Of a stretch of DNA of 64,000 nt, positions 24,801 to 38,366 are shown piece after piece (within the stretch, counting starts at the first letter, position 1; the number at the start of each line of letters is the position of its first letter). The position numbers were made by a program, and so were the translations under genes. Under the pieces are notes generated by a model. It searched no databases. It saw only the letters and a list, made by a program, of their open reading frames with translations, and had not been told where the DNA came from. Origin of the DNA: Schmidtea polychroa (Eukaryota); contig CM097888.1 in the NCBI GenBank assembly GCA_044892525.1, forward strand, positions 63,178,001 to 63,242,000. Reading direction: 5' to 3'.

Positions 24801-25780
24801 ATTTTAGTTTTCCTTTTTCGAACCTTTGAAGGGGGATCCCAACTGTAGTTAGGTATTTTTTCTTATATACCATCAGGTAATTTGATAAAATGAAATACTT
24901 TAATAAAAATCCCTGTCTTCATTTTCAATAAAATCCTTATTATTTTATTTGTGACTACTTGGGAAAGTATATGTGAGTAGTATCACTATAAAATTTTCTG
25001 TCTAAAATGTACACGGCGAAGGTGCTTGAGGCTAGAGTTCCTCAGGGGGCTGCCTTGATAGGACTGGATCCAATTTCTGATCACCATATAGTGTCCAGCC
25101 ACCCAGCAGTCCATATTATTCGGCCAACCCAACCTTCGACCAAGTCCTCTGTGCAAGTAATTCCAGCAACATTGTTAAAATCGTCGGTTAAGGAACGAAA
25201 ACACCTCACCAAGGCCCGTTTCTTGCGTTAACAGAGGGAAAAACGCAGTGGATATATGAACCAACTATATTGATCGTGATTCCGGCTCCAACACTTTATC
25301 ATTTCTTCACTGCCAATTTGGATGATCTGGACTTTTATACACAGTCAGCTTCTCGAATCTAATTATTGTAGTTTAGTTTGGTGTCCAATTATCAATAAAT
25401 GTTTACTTTCTGTTTTTTCATTTGTTTCTACTACTTCAATTTAGTAGTTGAAAGTTGGGAGAAATGGAATTATAAAAATGCGTCGTTGGTAGAATACTAG
25501 AAATCAAGTTCTTCTCTCCACTTTTTCAGATGTTAGCTAAACTCGACTAAATCCTTTCGCCGATTCCGCCATCGGTCAGTAGTTTATGATATAATACCTT
25601 CTAACGGCATTGTTAATCGTTGATGAGTATATGGGTCGAGCAGTAGGATTAAGCCAGCTCGCCTTTGCTTTACCGCCTCTGTATACAGCACCAACGCGTC
25701 TCATTCAATCGACTTGCTTAAAGCAATTTTACCACCAGGATAGAATACTTGACCCCTAGCGAGGACATCATTTTTTTTTA
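21900..25780. mobile_element. Mixed degraded retroelement debris
   Basis: Scattered motifs include YLVDTSADV (protease-like, -, about 22450) and VPQGAALIG and PISDHHIV (non-LTR RT/APE-like, +, 25007-25231). There is no continuous ORF. Confidence 0.35.
23338..23379 (-). ncRNA. Minimal type I hammerhead ribozyme (Penelope-like-element type)
   Basis: The minus strand reads ATAGTA-CTGATGA-GAGC-CAAAA-GCTC-GAAA-CTAG-TC-TACTAT. It has an intact core, 6-bp stem I, 4-bp stem II, palindromic minimal stem III and a GUC cleavage triplet. Confidence 0.85.
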
Positions 25781-26881
25781 CTTCCAGTTCCCTTAAAATA
25801 TATTAATCTTGCAGCTTAACTTAATTTTGTTTACCTAATGATTATAGTAACATTTTCCTGTAACTTCTAAATTCCTATTTAATTTAGTTAGCATAATTTC
25901 AATAAAACCCCAACATTGGAATGGCCTCTTCCGCATTTGAATTGGTAATAAAACCACAACATAGATGTTGAAAATACGTAAACAAAAGCTAGTAGCAAGA
26001 ATTGAGGAAACCTTAAAATACATCCTAACCAAAACAAAGATCCTTACAAGCAATCCACAAATGATTACCATTTCGTGTGATATTAATATATCATTTATTA
26101 ATAACATGCAACTGAATATCGAAACTTCAAAAGGCAAAACCGAATAGAATGAAGTTAAAAGCATCATGTTCAGTCATAAAAGCAACATGCTATATTATAC
26201 TATTATACACGAAAATGTTCAAATTTCAAAAACTTTTTAAGTAGTCGTCAGAGATAAGTCAAAAATTGAGTTACTCTAAATGAAACAAAACGGATCGAAT
26301 AGACAATTGAATATATATTTATCTATAGTGAACTTTACAAAGTCTAGCTATATCACTTATTATAAAAGTATTAATATAAAATACAAAATACATATTAACA
26401 CAAATCAAGAAACTCAAGGCATCATGTGAAATGTACAATGAGCAAAGACAATAATATACCAATAAACACTATCGAAATCAAGCCTTGCAGAGATTAATAC
26501 TGTTTTGAACAAATGGTTCAATTTGTTTACAAAATAAACTAAATCCACAATTTGATAAATTGATAAGTGACCATAAATGTTCCTTATTGATATGTCTCAA
26601 CATTTCAACAATCGCTCACTTGTTATTTATCCACAAAGCACGATTTTTAAGAAATATATGGAAAATTAATTAATAATTTAATTCAAATTTATTACATATA
26701 AACTCATCAAATAATAGCTCAAAGTCAAAAAAGAGAAAATTTGCTTGAAACGAGTATATAATAACTTGCCAGTTACCATTATGCAAGTAATTGAAAAAAA
26801 TTCGGGAAATGAAATCAAAAATAAATATATTTCAATGTACATTATAATAAGAATTAGAAAAAATACTACAAATAAAATCGA

Positions 26882-29800
26882 TTAACTAATGCTCTTCTCA
26901 GAATTTAAAGATGAAGAGTCAGAACGTCCCGACGAGGACGAATCGGATGATGAAACGGATGAGAGAGCTGCTTGATGATGCGTTTGTTGTTCTAAAAGTT
27001 AATAAATTAGAATTCGAAAATATTTTGGAACTTTATAAGGCAACCGACAGCGCTGCGAACGAATACGACAAAAAAATATATTACAAAAATTATTACAGAA
27101 ATCAATTAGTAAATAATATAAATATTTACCTTTAATGCTATATGTGCTGTTATCGATGTTTGACACTGTGTATTCATCGTATGACTTTTTGTTTTTCATC
27201 GCCACTGGGACGACTTTTGGATTGACTTTGGGATTTGATTTTTTAGAATTGATAATTTTAGTAGGAACTATCAATACACTGTTGACATATTTCTCCAGTT
27301 TTCTCAGCGTCTTCGTTTGCAATATTTCAAAATCAACTTCCATTTCATCGGGATCTGAGTCTCTCAATGTCGGCTCGTTTTCTTGAATAATTTCCACGAC
27401 TCTCCCCAACTTATCACTTAATAATTGATTGATATTTAATCTAAGTTGCCTTTTCTCTTCATAAATCATCGGCTCATAAATTTCTTCCTCTAAAATCATG
27501 AGTTATAATTGTGAAGTAGAATGTAAGTTATGTTTTGATGAATGATTAAAGTAGTTTATAAATTAAAAAAAAATAATTTAATATTGTTAAAGCTCAGAAA
27601 AATGTTATTCAACGTTCTAAAGATTTTAATATTTTCCATTTTTTATCTGTTCTAGATAGGTAGTGAAATTTAATGGGGTTAATATTATATTTGGGCTGAC
27701 ACATTTTATTTTGGTTATAGATTTGATGATATCAATCTGACAATGCAACGGATTAAAAATTAGGTATACATCATGGTTAAGATTTGTAATCATGGAAGTC
27801 TGCGTAATTTAATGACTGTGAATCCCCGGGATGGAGTTTAAATTGAGAAAATTATATTTAATTATAATCACTAGTAGGCCAATGGTTAATAAGGCCATTA
27901 TTAATATATTAAACCGTTTGCTGATTGTATACCCAGTCGATTGTACACATCTGAATACACAGAAACAAACTAATATTCCCAAAATAATATCCCCTAAATA
28001 AAGATAATTGAAAAACTTAATGTCATTTTAGACAAAAATCCCTGGGTGTCATTTTGTATTTAAAAAGAAAATGGATTGCCATTTCTGAAACCCGGGGCTG
28101 AATAAATGATTATCACAAAATATAAATAAATAGCCCCATCCTCATTCTAATAGAAGAGTCCTTCATATCTCAATGGCGAACAAATGATCAATAGAAAAAA
28201 ATTTCACCTTCTGATTTACATTTAATATTGGAAATTGCAACATTTTCATTGAGAAATAATCCCTTTGAAGATTTGACAGGAGCTGTGACCTTTTTACAAC
28301 TGTCAGGAACGCTAAATAATAATTTCGATGAGATTAAACAACTAAGGATAATACAAACTTTTTTCTTGGATTTATTTTGCTAGAACTGACCGACGATTTT
28401 TTCCCACTTGCACTTTGAGGAGTGTTTATCGTTTCGTTCAGTTTGTTTTTCGGTGGATGGATAATCCGCTTACTCTTCCTAGAATTGGAAATAGTTGACG
28501 TAGACGATGATAAAATACTTTCTGACATGTTAGACATCATCGATCCAGCATCGCAAAATTCCCCAATGTTGTTCGTGTCGGCCGGACAGGTTTTATCCCC
28601 GGTTGAATTGAATGTCAAAAGAGATTTCTCTTTCAATTTCTGATGCAATTCGTCGATTTCTGCTCCCTGAATCGTCATCAACTCTTGGACTTTTCTCGAT
28701 TCTTCCATTAATTCGTCTTGTAACGATTCGATTTTGAATAATCTTTGAATAATTTCCTTTTTGTCAAGACTATCACTGAATTGAGATCGGTCATTCGTAA
28801 AGTCTTTTGGTTTATGTATTTCCTGAGGCGATGATTTCAAAACAGATTCTTCTTTGGATTTTATTTGGTTTGTAAATGGAGTTCTTTCGTTCATTTCTGG
28901 CTTGAATGATGGCTGCATCGTTTCAACTGTTTTGTACGCTGAAAATGTTTTTGTGCATAATTCTTTAAAAATCTCATTGAGTGTCTTAGCAATTTTTGCA
29001 TATTCATGAGATTCTCCGTTATAAATCATACAATTATTAAATACTAATTCAACATCTTCAATAAATTTTTCTTTATTTTCATAAAGGTTTGCTTCTAATT
29101 TAGATTTAATCGTTGTAAGATCCATTGGCTTTTTGATTATTTCAAAATAATTATGAAGATTATATTTCTTTACGTCGACTGGTAAAAGAAACAGAGTATT
29201 TAATTTCTAAAAAATATATTTATTTTAACATTAATTTACAAAACCTTTTATAATTAAAAACTCATTCAAATTTAAATTGAAACACTCACTCGATATTTAG
29301 ATGACATTATATCTTTAAGAATATTCAGACATTTCGTTAAATCGGTATTTAAAAATGATGGTATATCTTTAACGATTTTGCTGGATTCCATTCTGGGTAA
29401 TTTGCATGATAATTTTTCCGGGTCTTCCTCAAGTTTCCTTTTACCAAGCAAAGAATTAGTTGATAAATCAACCAATTCCTTGGTTTTTGTAGGCATCGAA
29501 ATACTAATGCTTTGATTACTAATTGGTGTTGAAACTCGAGAATTTAGACTGGGTGCATAATTATCTAAAGCCATGTGTTTGATTTTTTCCTTGAATATAC
29601 TATCTAATTTTAACGCCATAAAAATAACGTCTTCGCCTGGTTGGTTGAATAAGTAGCAATTACAAAATACTCGATTCACATCATCAATGCATTCATATAT
29701 TGATGAATATTGTTTATTTCTCAATTTGCTTTTAACTAATGAAAAATCCATGGGATGTCTAATAATCTTTGGATAATCCTAAAAAAAATTTTAAATTATT

Positions 29801-29951
29801 TAAGATATATAGATTTTACTGGAATATTAAGGGCTACAATATCAACAGCTTTAGTAAATGGCCATGCAAATTTGTGCTTCAAAAGACTTGGTAAAACAGT
29901 TTTGTTTATGTACTCTAAACTGTTGGTAGGCGGTTTGCTGGATTTTGTCAT
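26882..29951 (-). CDS. BET-family protein (BD1-BD2-coiled coil-ET-Ser-rich tail; BRD2/3/4/T, fs(1)h homologue), about 680 aa
   Basis: Exons 29951-29820, 29778-29290, 29206-28359, 28311-28208, 27489-27130 and 26991-26882 sum to 2043 nt with consistent phases. BD1 reads [13 protein letters not shown]...PMDF...CYLFN, BD2 reads PVD...KPMDL...CMIYN, and ET reads [14 protein letters not shown]...DEMEVDFE. Confidence 0.93.
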
Positions 29952-30399
29952 TTACACTCTACAAAATTTAAAAGATCAAATCTATTTATTAACGTCGAAA
30001 ATTAAACGACAAAAGATTTAATATGTAAATATAAAAAATTAAAATAAAACTTTACAAAAATATTTAAAATATCAGATAAATATAAAAATATTGATGCTTA
30101 TTTAAACAATCTATTTTTTATAAAGTACAAAAGATTAATTTAACGTGGTTTCATTCACACACAAATTTTTAAAAATATAAAAAACTAGATTATCAATTTT
30201 ATTAATGCAGCTTTCTTTAAAAAAATTATATATTTAAGACAAATAAATGATAGAAAAATAGTAAACCATAATAAAATTTTATTTTGAAGTTTCCGCCGAC
30301 ATTTTTGAGGGGTATTAAATTGATTTTATACCCAAAAAACATGATTTCTGACCAGAATTGATAAAAGCAGAACGCATATATAGTCCTGAGTTAAGTTTA

Positions 30400-33300
30400 A
30401 ATCAAAAACACGACAAAGGAGAAAAAATAAGATCAAAATTAAGAAACACAAAAATAAAGTAAAATAATGACAAAAGCATGAAGAATTGCACATAACCAAC
30501 ACTAATAAGAGGTTTGTGATCAGTGAAGACTGTGAATTGTCTAGCTTCTAAAATGTGTCCAAAAAGCTTAACAGCTAGAAAAATAGCAAGTAATTCTCTA
30601 TCGAATGCACTGTACTATGACTCTGCCAATGAAAATTTTCTAGAGAAAAATTCTATTGGGAGTGAAACATTGTCTTTAATTTGATTAAGGACTGCACCTT
30701 TGTTCAGTTCCGAAAGAGGTGCCGTTATGTGTGATGCGTTTTTATGAATCTGTGACAGAAATTGACGATGCCCAAAAACCTACGTAGTTGTGTTACGGTG
30801 GTGGGTAATGGGAAGTTGTGGATTACGTCAAGTCGTTCAGGAAAAGGTTTATAACCTGTAGATGAGAGTATGTGACCAAGGAATTTGACGCGTTTTTGAA
30901 AAAATTTAAATTTATTTACATTGATCTGTAAGTTATAACGGTTCCATATATCAAGAACAGAGTGTAGATCTTTGTTGTGGGTGTCGCGGTCGGGTGATGC
31001 TACAATTATATCGTCGAGGTATGCAAAAGCGTGGTGGACGTCCCGGAAAATTGTGTCCATGAAGTGTTGTAAAGACTGAGCTGCATTCCTTAGGCCGAAA
31101 GGCATGAACATGTATTCGAAATTTTTAAATGGTGTAATTACAGCGGTTTTGGGAACGTCATCGATATGTACAGGAAACTGATGGTAGGCTTTCGAGAGGT
31201 CAATAGTTGAAAATATGGTGGATTGTGAAAAGCGGGTTATTAAATCTTTGATAAGTGGCATAGGGTATGCTTGATTGAGTTTACGGTAGTCGTCGCACAG
31301 CCTGAGTGAACCGTCTTTCTTGGTGACTACGTGTATTGGTGACGCCCATGTAGATGAAGAACGGCGTATAATGCCTACAGTCTTTAGACTGGTGAATTCG
31401 GCTTTAACTGCGTCGATTTTAATGGGTCAGAGGGGTTTGGCTCGGTTGTGTTATGGTATGCAAATGTAGGAATATAATGAGTCGATAGAGTTGTCGGTTG
31501 TATGATAGGGGATTTTGTGATGAGTTTTGGGTATGTGGTTATGATTGTCTCGATTATGTCATGCATTGGCTCTGAAATAGGCGAATGTTGGATATCTGAC
31601 ATGTGTTTATTGCGTTCTATCGTGTCAGTAGATTGGATAAAGCTGAGTTAGGTCCTTGGAGATGTCTGTGTAGAGATTGCTGTTCTGTTTGGTGATACAT
31701 TTGTGGATATAGGATTGAGATGTCTGTTTATAGTGAATAGTCGTCGATTTTTGCCGTCTATCATGAGGGATTGTTCGCTGAGGAAATCGGAGCCTAGTAT
31801 TGGATGACTTCTGTCTGCTATGTGGAAATTGTGAGTGAAAATTGAGTCGGTAGCTTGAATGAAAGTTTTTACGTTCCAAAAAATTGTATCGGTGTGCCGT
31901 TGGCTGCCAATACGGTGAAAGAATATTTGAGATCTGAAGTTATATTGGTTAGGAGGATCGAAAATGATGATCTGGAGTCGACAAGGAAGTAAATTGATGA
32001 GCTGGAATTGAAAGTTGCTTCAACTGTAAAGATGATGTTGATCGCAAAAGCACCGCCTGAAAATCGAGGGTTTACAGACGGTGAAGTTAAATTTTTTTTG
32101 GGGGGGGTGTAATTGGAGTAGTTTTTGTTGTATTGTGGTTTGTTTGAGTAATGATTCACAAAGGTACAGCCTGGAAGCAATTCTGTGCATGTAACCCGAA
32201 GTGATTGTGCTTAATGCAGATGGGAATAACTCTTAAGGTTAACGGGGGGTTTAGCCAAGAACATCCTTATGTGACATGTTCTAGCGTCCGATTTAAACTT
32301 TTTGTGAAAAAAACAAGTCAGAGGTGGAAAAGAGTTTGACCTGTCAGTTCTTAGGGAGTATGGAATTTTTCGAGGGGGGTTAGTTAACGTGGCGACAGCT
32401 TTTGTCAAAGAGGATATCTGTTCTTGAAGCGAGAGGTTGGAGGCGGATGAGATAGATGTGGGTGTGTTACGAATAGGGGGTCTGGTGATCAGTTTATCAG
32501 CGATTTTTGCCAGGTGGAAGGAAGGAGGTTTGGACGTGATGTAGGATCGCTGTTAAAGAATAGTGACATAGGATAGCAGTGTTCATTGATAGGCTGGTAT
32601 GAGCGTTTTCTAGTTCTCGTACGAGTTGGGATAAAAATGATAATGGTGCCTGGCCACCGCATGGAGTGGTTTTGATAGTTTCTCAATTGATGAAGTGTTT
32701 GTGGGTGAGTATTTCTTATGTATCGCTATTTTGATGGACTCGTAAGGGTTTTCAGAGTCTAATTCGTCAGCAATTTGTGAAATTAATTCTGACATTAACA
32801 ATAGGTCTTGTTTAGATTTGGGGTTGGACTTTGTGCGCGCCTCAAAAATGCGGAACCAAGATGATGGGGTGCCGTTTGAGTCTAAAAATTTTAATTGGGT
32901 TCGACCGATGTTTGTTTTGAAAAAAACGTGAGACGATTGATTGTTTTGAGATTGAAAAATGGTTGATGATGGCCACTCCGTTGTTTAAGGTGAAAACTCG
33001 TTTTCGTCTATTAAAAATGTTTCGATAGGTCTTTCACAAAATTTTGGGTTACACGGACTTAGAAAAAGATGGTAGTGTGAGGGACAGTAATGTTGGGCGT
33101 TTTCATATTAGTTAAAGTTGCGTTTTTGGGCTTGGGAGATTGGTGGAAAAAGAAAAATATATCAACATAATAATTGGACATTTTTAATACATTATATATA
33201 AATTTAATGAAGGAAAATGTATTAATAAGGACAATTATAAATGTAATTTTTACTGTTTTTAAAGATAGAAGAACATTTGCCTTTGTCACTTCTGACACCA

Positions 33301-33500
33301 ATTTTAGAGACATACTATTAATTTGAACAAAGAATTTATTGCAATTAATATTGTTGAAAATCTTGAACATCATCAGAGATATAATTGTGCATAAGATGAA
33401 GGTTTCTGTCTCCTGTATTTTTGACATATTTGATCTATTGATTTTGACTCGATTTGATGATTCTTCAACTTCTTCAACTTCAGTGACTTCGTTAGACATG
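30400..33500 (-). mobile_element. Degenerate Ty3/Gypsy retrotransposon (gag, protease, RT, RNase H)
   Basis: RT motifs are TIDLSKAYHQ, MPFGLRNAAQ and AYLDDI. RNase H motifs are LRRFLGIVNF and AFDRELLAIF. The protease-like motif is FLVDSRSSFS, and gag-like WFRIFEA is present. Many frameshifts. Confidence 0.9.
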
Positions 33501-33993
33501 TTTGAATTTGATGATTTTTTAAATTCAATTTGATGATGATTTTCGAAAAAGTGAAAAGTAAAGGATTATTTAAACAATTGTTATTATTTTTTTATTTTTT
33601 ATTAATTTAATAATATATTTTTAGTTCAATTATTAAATTGAAAAAAGTGCTAGTCAGAGGCACTGTGTCACAATATAATGACCTTATATAATAAATAAAT
33701 TTAATATAACAATCAAAGAAATGAATTTAGTAAGCCAAGTAAAATGGATGAATTTAGGTTAATAATGAGCAAAGTAAACTAAGTGAATTGGGGGTATGAT
33801 GGGCAAATTATGGTGATTACCGAATTTATATGATCGTACGAATAATGATAGCCCTAATAGTAATAAGGATTCAATACTGAATCTCAATACCTGAGCTTAA
33901 ATACCTCAACCACGCACTATTGTGATTTAGAACCAAGAAATCTGGAAAACGTACCAACATTGATCACTCGATGGGTATCAAGCAGCGAAATAG

Positions 33994-36900
33994 ACATTTT
34001 ATTCTGGGTTACACTAGAAACAACATGACAGAGTAAAATGTTTGATTACTTGTAACACACAACTACATTACAGTCTAAACTTATTTTATTGACAAATGTG
34101 AATCATATGAAATTTAATGATTTTGTCTACAAGACGAGTATAAACTTACAAACAAAAATTAAAGAATTCCAATGTTAAATATTTTTTCATTTTACTAAAT
34201 ACTTCTCTAGGAAATTATACAGACTACTTGAGGTCCCGGCTTGGTGATTCGGTAACAGTCCACTTAAAGTACATTGCAGTCTACACATACTTTATTGAAA
34301 AATGTGAATCATATGAAATTTAATGATTGTGTCTACAAGATCCGTGCCCTAAGGTTGCAAATCAGAAACTTGGAGATGCAACTACATCAGAGGGATTTAG
34401 ATCACGATGCAGCCGGTGGAGGTGAAAATCGGAAAATCAACCAACCCACTCGATCAGCGGGTCGAACCAAAATGAAGCGGCCTAGTCGATTTGCGCGAAA
34501 CCGATTAAAGGCGCTCCAACTGGCATCTCAGGCACCTAGTGAGGCATATTGCCACCTAGATGCTACGAAATACACGGGGTTTCGAGACGAATAGCCAATC
34601 CAATAGCACCAATCAATTAACGGAATGTCCTATATTTTTACATTAATTAGTATTAGATCAAATAAAGTAGTGTGCTTAGTTTTTCATTTTAAATACTTCA
34701 TGTTGTCCTTTATTTTACACTGGGTCATGAAGACCAGGATCACCTGACTCGTGAATGGTGCGAATTGCTGCGTGAGTAGAAACCGTGTGAAAGTATGGGG
34801 AAGGTTGCGAGACATATGGAGTACATTTTATTCTTGGTTGCGCTAGAAACAGCATGACAGAGTAAAATGTTTGATTACTTGTAACACACAACTACATTAC
34901 AGTCTACACTTATTTTATTGACAAATGTGAATCATATGAAATTTAATGATTTTGTCTACAAGACGAGTATAAACTTACAAACAAAAATTAAAGAATTCCA
35001 ATGTTAAATATTTTTTCATTTTACTAAATACTTCTCTAGGAAATTATACAGACTACTTGAGGTCCCGGCTTGGTGATTCGGTAACAGTCCACTTAAAGTA
35101 CATTGCAGTCTACACATACTTTATTGAAAAATGTGAATCATATGAAATTTAATGATTGTGTCTACAAGATCCGTGCCCTAAGGTTGCAAATCAGAAACTT
35201 GGAGATGCAACTACATCAGAGGGATTTAGATCACGATGCAGCCGGTGGAGGTGAAAATCGGAAAATCAACCAACCCACTCGATCAGCGGGTCGAACCAAA
35301 ATGAAGCGGCCTAGTCGATTTGCGCGAAACCGATTAAAGGCGCTCCAACTGGCATCTCAGGCACCTAGTGAGGCATATTGCCACCTAGATGCTACGAAAT
35401 ACACGGGGTTTCGAGACGAATAGCCAATCCAATAGCACCAATCAATTAACGGAATGTCCTATATTTTTACATTAATTAGTATTAGATCAAATAAAGTAGT
35501 GTGCTTAGTTTTTCATTTTAAATACTTCATGTTGTCCTTTATTTTACACTGGGTCATGAAGACCAGGATCACCTGACTCGTGAATGGTGCGAATTACTGC
35601 GTGAGTAGAAACCGTGTGAAAGTATGGGGAAGGTTGCGAGACATATGGAGTACATTTTATTCTTGGTTGCGCTAGAAACAGCATGACAGAGTAAAATGTT
35701 TGATTACTTGTAACACACAACTACATTACAGTCTACACTTATTTTATTGACAAATGTGAATCATATGAAATTTAATGATTTTGTCTACAAGACGAGTATA
35801 AACTTACAAACAAAAATTAAAGAATTCCAATGTTAAATATTTTTTCATTTTACTAAATACTTCTCTAGGAAATTATACAGACTACTTGAGGTCCCGGCTT
35901 GGTGATTCGGTAACAGTCCACTTAAAGTACATTGCAGTCTACACATACTTTATTGAAAAATGTGAATCATATGAAATTTAATGATTGTGTCTACAAGATC
36001 CGTGCCCTAAGGTTGCAAATCAGAAACTTGGAGATGCAACTACATCAGAGGGATTTAGATCACGATGCAGCCGGTGGAGGTGAAAATCGGAAAATCAACC
36101 AACCCACTCGATCAGCGGGTCGAACCAAAATGAAGCGGCCTAGTCGATTTGCGCGAAACCGATTAAAGGCGCTCCAACTGGCATCTCAGGCACCTAGTGA
36201 GGCATATTGCCACCTAGATGCTACGAAATACACGGGGTTTCGAGACGAATAGCCAATCCAATAGCACCAATCAATTAACGGAATGTCCTATATTTTTACA
36301 TTAATTAGTATTAGATCAAATAAAGTAGTGTGCTTAGTTTTTCATTTTAAATACTTCATGTTGTCCTTTATTTTACACTGGGTCATGAAGACCAGGATCA
36401 CCTGACTCGTGAATGGTGCGAATTGCTGCGTGAGTAGAAACCGTGTGAAAGTATGGGGAAGGTTGCGAGACATATGGAGTACATTTTATTCTTGGTTGCG
36501 CTAGAAACAGCATGACAGAGTAAAATGTTTGATTACTTGTAACACACAACTACATTACAGTCTACACTTATTTTATTGACAAATGTGAATCATATGAAAT
36601 TTAATGATTTTGTCTACAAGACGAGTATAAACTTACAAACAAAAATTAAAGAATTCCAATGTTAAATATTTTTTCATTTTACTAAATACTTCTCTAGGAA
36701 ATTATACAGACTACTTGAGGTCCCGGCTTGGTGATTCGGTAACAGTCCACTTAAAGTACATTGCAGTCTACACATACTTTATTGAAAAATGTGAATCATA
36801 TGAAATTTAATGATTGTGTCTACAAGATCCGTGCCCTAAGGTTGCAAATCAGAAACTTGGAGATGCAACTACATCAGAGGGATTTAGATCACGATGCAGC

Positions 36901-38366
36901 CGGTGGAGGTGAAAATCGGAAAATCAACCAACCCACTCGATCAGCGGGTCGAACCAAAATGAAGCGGCCTAGTCGATTTGCGCGAAACCGATTAAAGGCG
37001 CTCCAACTGGCATCTCAGGCACCTAGTGAGGCATATTGCCACCTAGATGCTACGAAATACACGGGGTTTCGAGACGAATAGCCAATCCAATAGCACCAAT
37101 CAATTAACGGAATGTCCTATATTTTTACATTAATTAGTATTAGATCAAATAAAGTAGTGTGCTTAGTTTTTCATTTTAAATACTTCATGTTGTCCTTTAT
37201 TTTACACTGGGTCATGAAGACCAGGATCACCTGACTCGTGAATGGTGCGAATTACTGCGTGAGTAGAAACCGTGTGAAAGTATGGGGAAGGTTGCGAGAC
37301 ATATGGAGTACATTTTATTCTTGGTTGCGCTAGAAACAGCATGACAGAGTAAAATGTTTGATTACTTGTAACACACAACTACATTACAGTCTACACTTAT
37401 TTTATTGACAAATGTGAATCATATGAAATTTAATGATTTTGTCTACAAGACGAGTATAAACTTACAAACAAAAATTAAAGAATTCCAATGTTAAATATTT
37501 TTTCATTTTACTAAATACTTCTCTAGGAAATTATACAGACTACTTGAGGTCCCGGCTTGGTGATTCGGTAACAGTCCACTTAAAGTACATTGCAGTCTAC
37601 ACATACTTTATTGAAAAATGTGAATCATATGAAATTTAATGATTGTGTCTACAAGATCCGTGCCCTAAGGTTGCAAATCAGAAACTTGGAGATGCAACTA
37701 CATCAGAGGGATTTAGATCACGATGCAGCCGGTGGAGGTGAAAATCGGAAAATCAACCAACCCACTCGATCAGCGGGTCGAACCAAAATGAAGCGGCCTA
37801 GTCGATTTGCGCGAAACCGATTAAAGGCGCTCCAACTGGCATCTCAGGCACCTAGTGAGGCATATTGCCACCTAGATGCTACGAAATACACGGGGTTTCG
37901 AGACGAATAGCCAATCCAATAGCACCAATCAATTAACGGAATGTCCTATATTTTTACATTAATTAGTATTAGATCAAATAAAGTAGTGTGCTTAGTTTTT
38001 CATTTTAAATACTTCATGTTGTCCTTTATTTTACACTGGGTCATGAAGACCAGGATCACCTGACTCGTGAATGGTGCGAATTACTGCGTGAGTAGAAACC
38101 GTGTGAAAGTATGGGGAAGGTTGCGAGACATATGGAGTACATTTTATTCTTGGTTGCGCTAGAAACAGCATGACAGAGTAAAATGTTTGATTACTTGTAA
38201 CACACAACTACATTACAGTCTACACTTATTTTATTGACAAATGTGAATCATATGAAATTTAATGATTTTGTCTACAAGACGAGTATAAACTTACAAACAA
38301 AAATTAAAGAATTCCAATGTTAAATATTTTTTCATTTTACTAAATACTTCTCTAGGAAATTATACA
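33994..38366 (+). repeat. Tandem array of 829-bp units (about 5.3 copies, nearly identical)
   Basis: Identical ORFs recur at 34274, 35103, 35932, 36761 and 37590 (period 829). The only variable site I saw among full units is gaatt[g/a]ctg. Confidence 0.98.
34721..35423 (+). CDS. Putative three-exon coding segment within one 829-bp unit (unknown coiled-coil/basic protein); repeats with the array
   Basis: Exon A ends at 34771 (GTGAGT), exon B is 35040-35080 and exon C is 35169-35423 (TAG). Phases are compatible and AATAAA lies about 65 nt after the stop. I found no in-frame ATG or acceptor for exon A. Confidence 0.5.

Noticed and set aside
34274-34339. ORF-track N-terminus MQSTHTLLKNVNHMKFNDCVYK
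   Set aside because: It starts at TTG inside an AT-rich GT-AG-bounded segment that is better explained as an intron.
33994-38366. 829-bp array as 5S rDNA, snRNA, spliced-leader RNA, RNase P/MRP or CRISPR
   Set aside because: I found no 5S, U1, U2 or U6 signature and no clear Sm site. ACACGGGG resembles an MRP motif but has no proper P4 partner. Units have no unique spacers, and the context is eukaryotic. An Infernal search would settle it.
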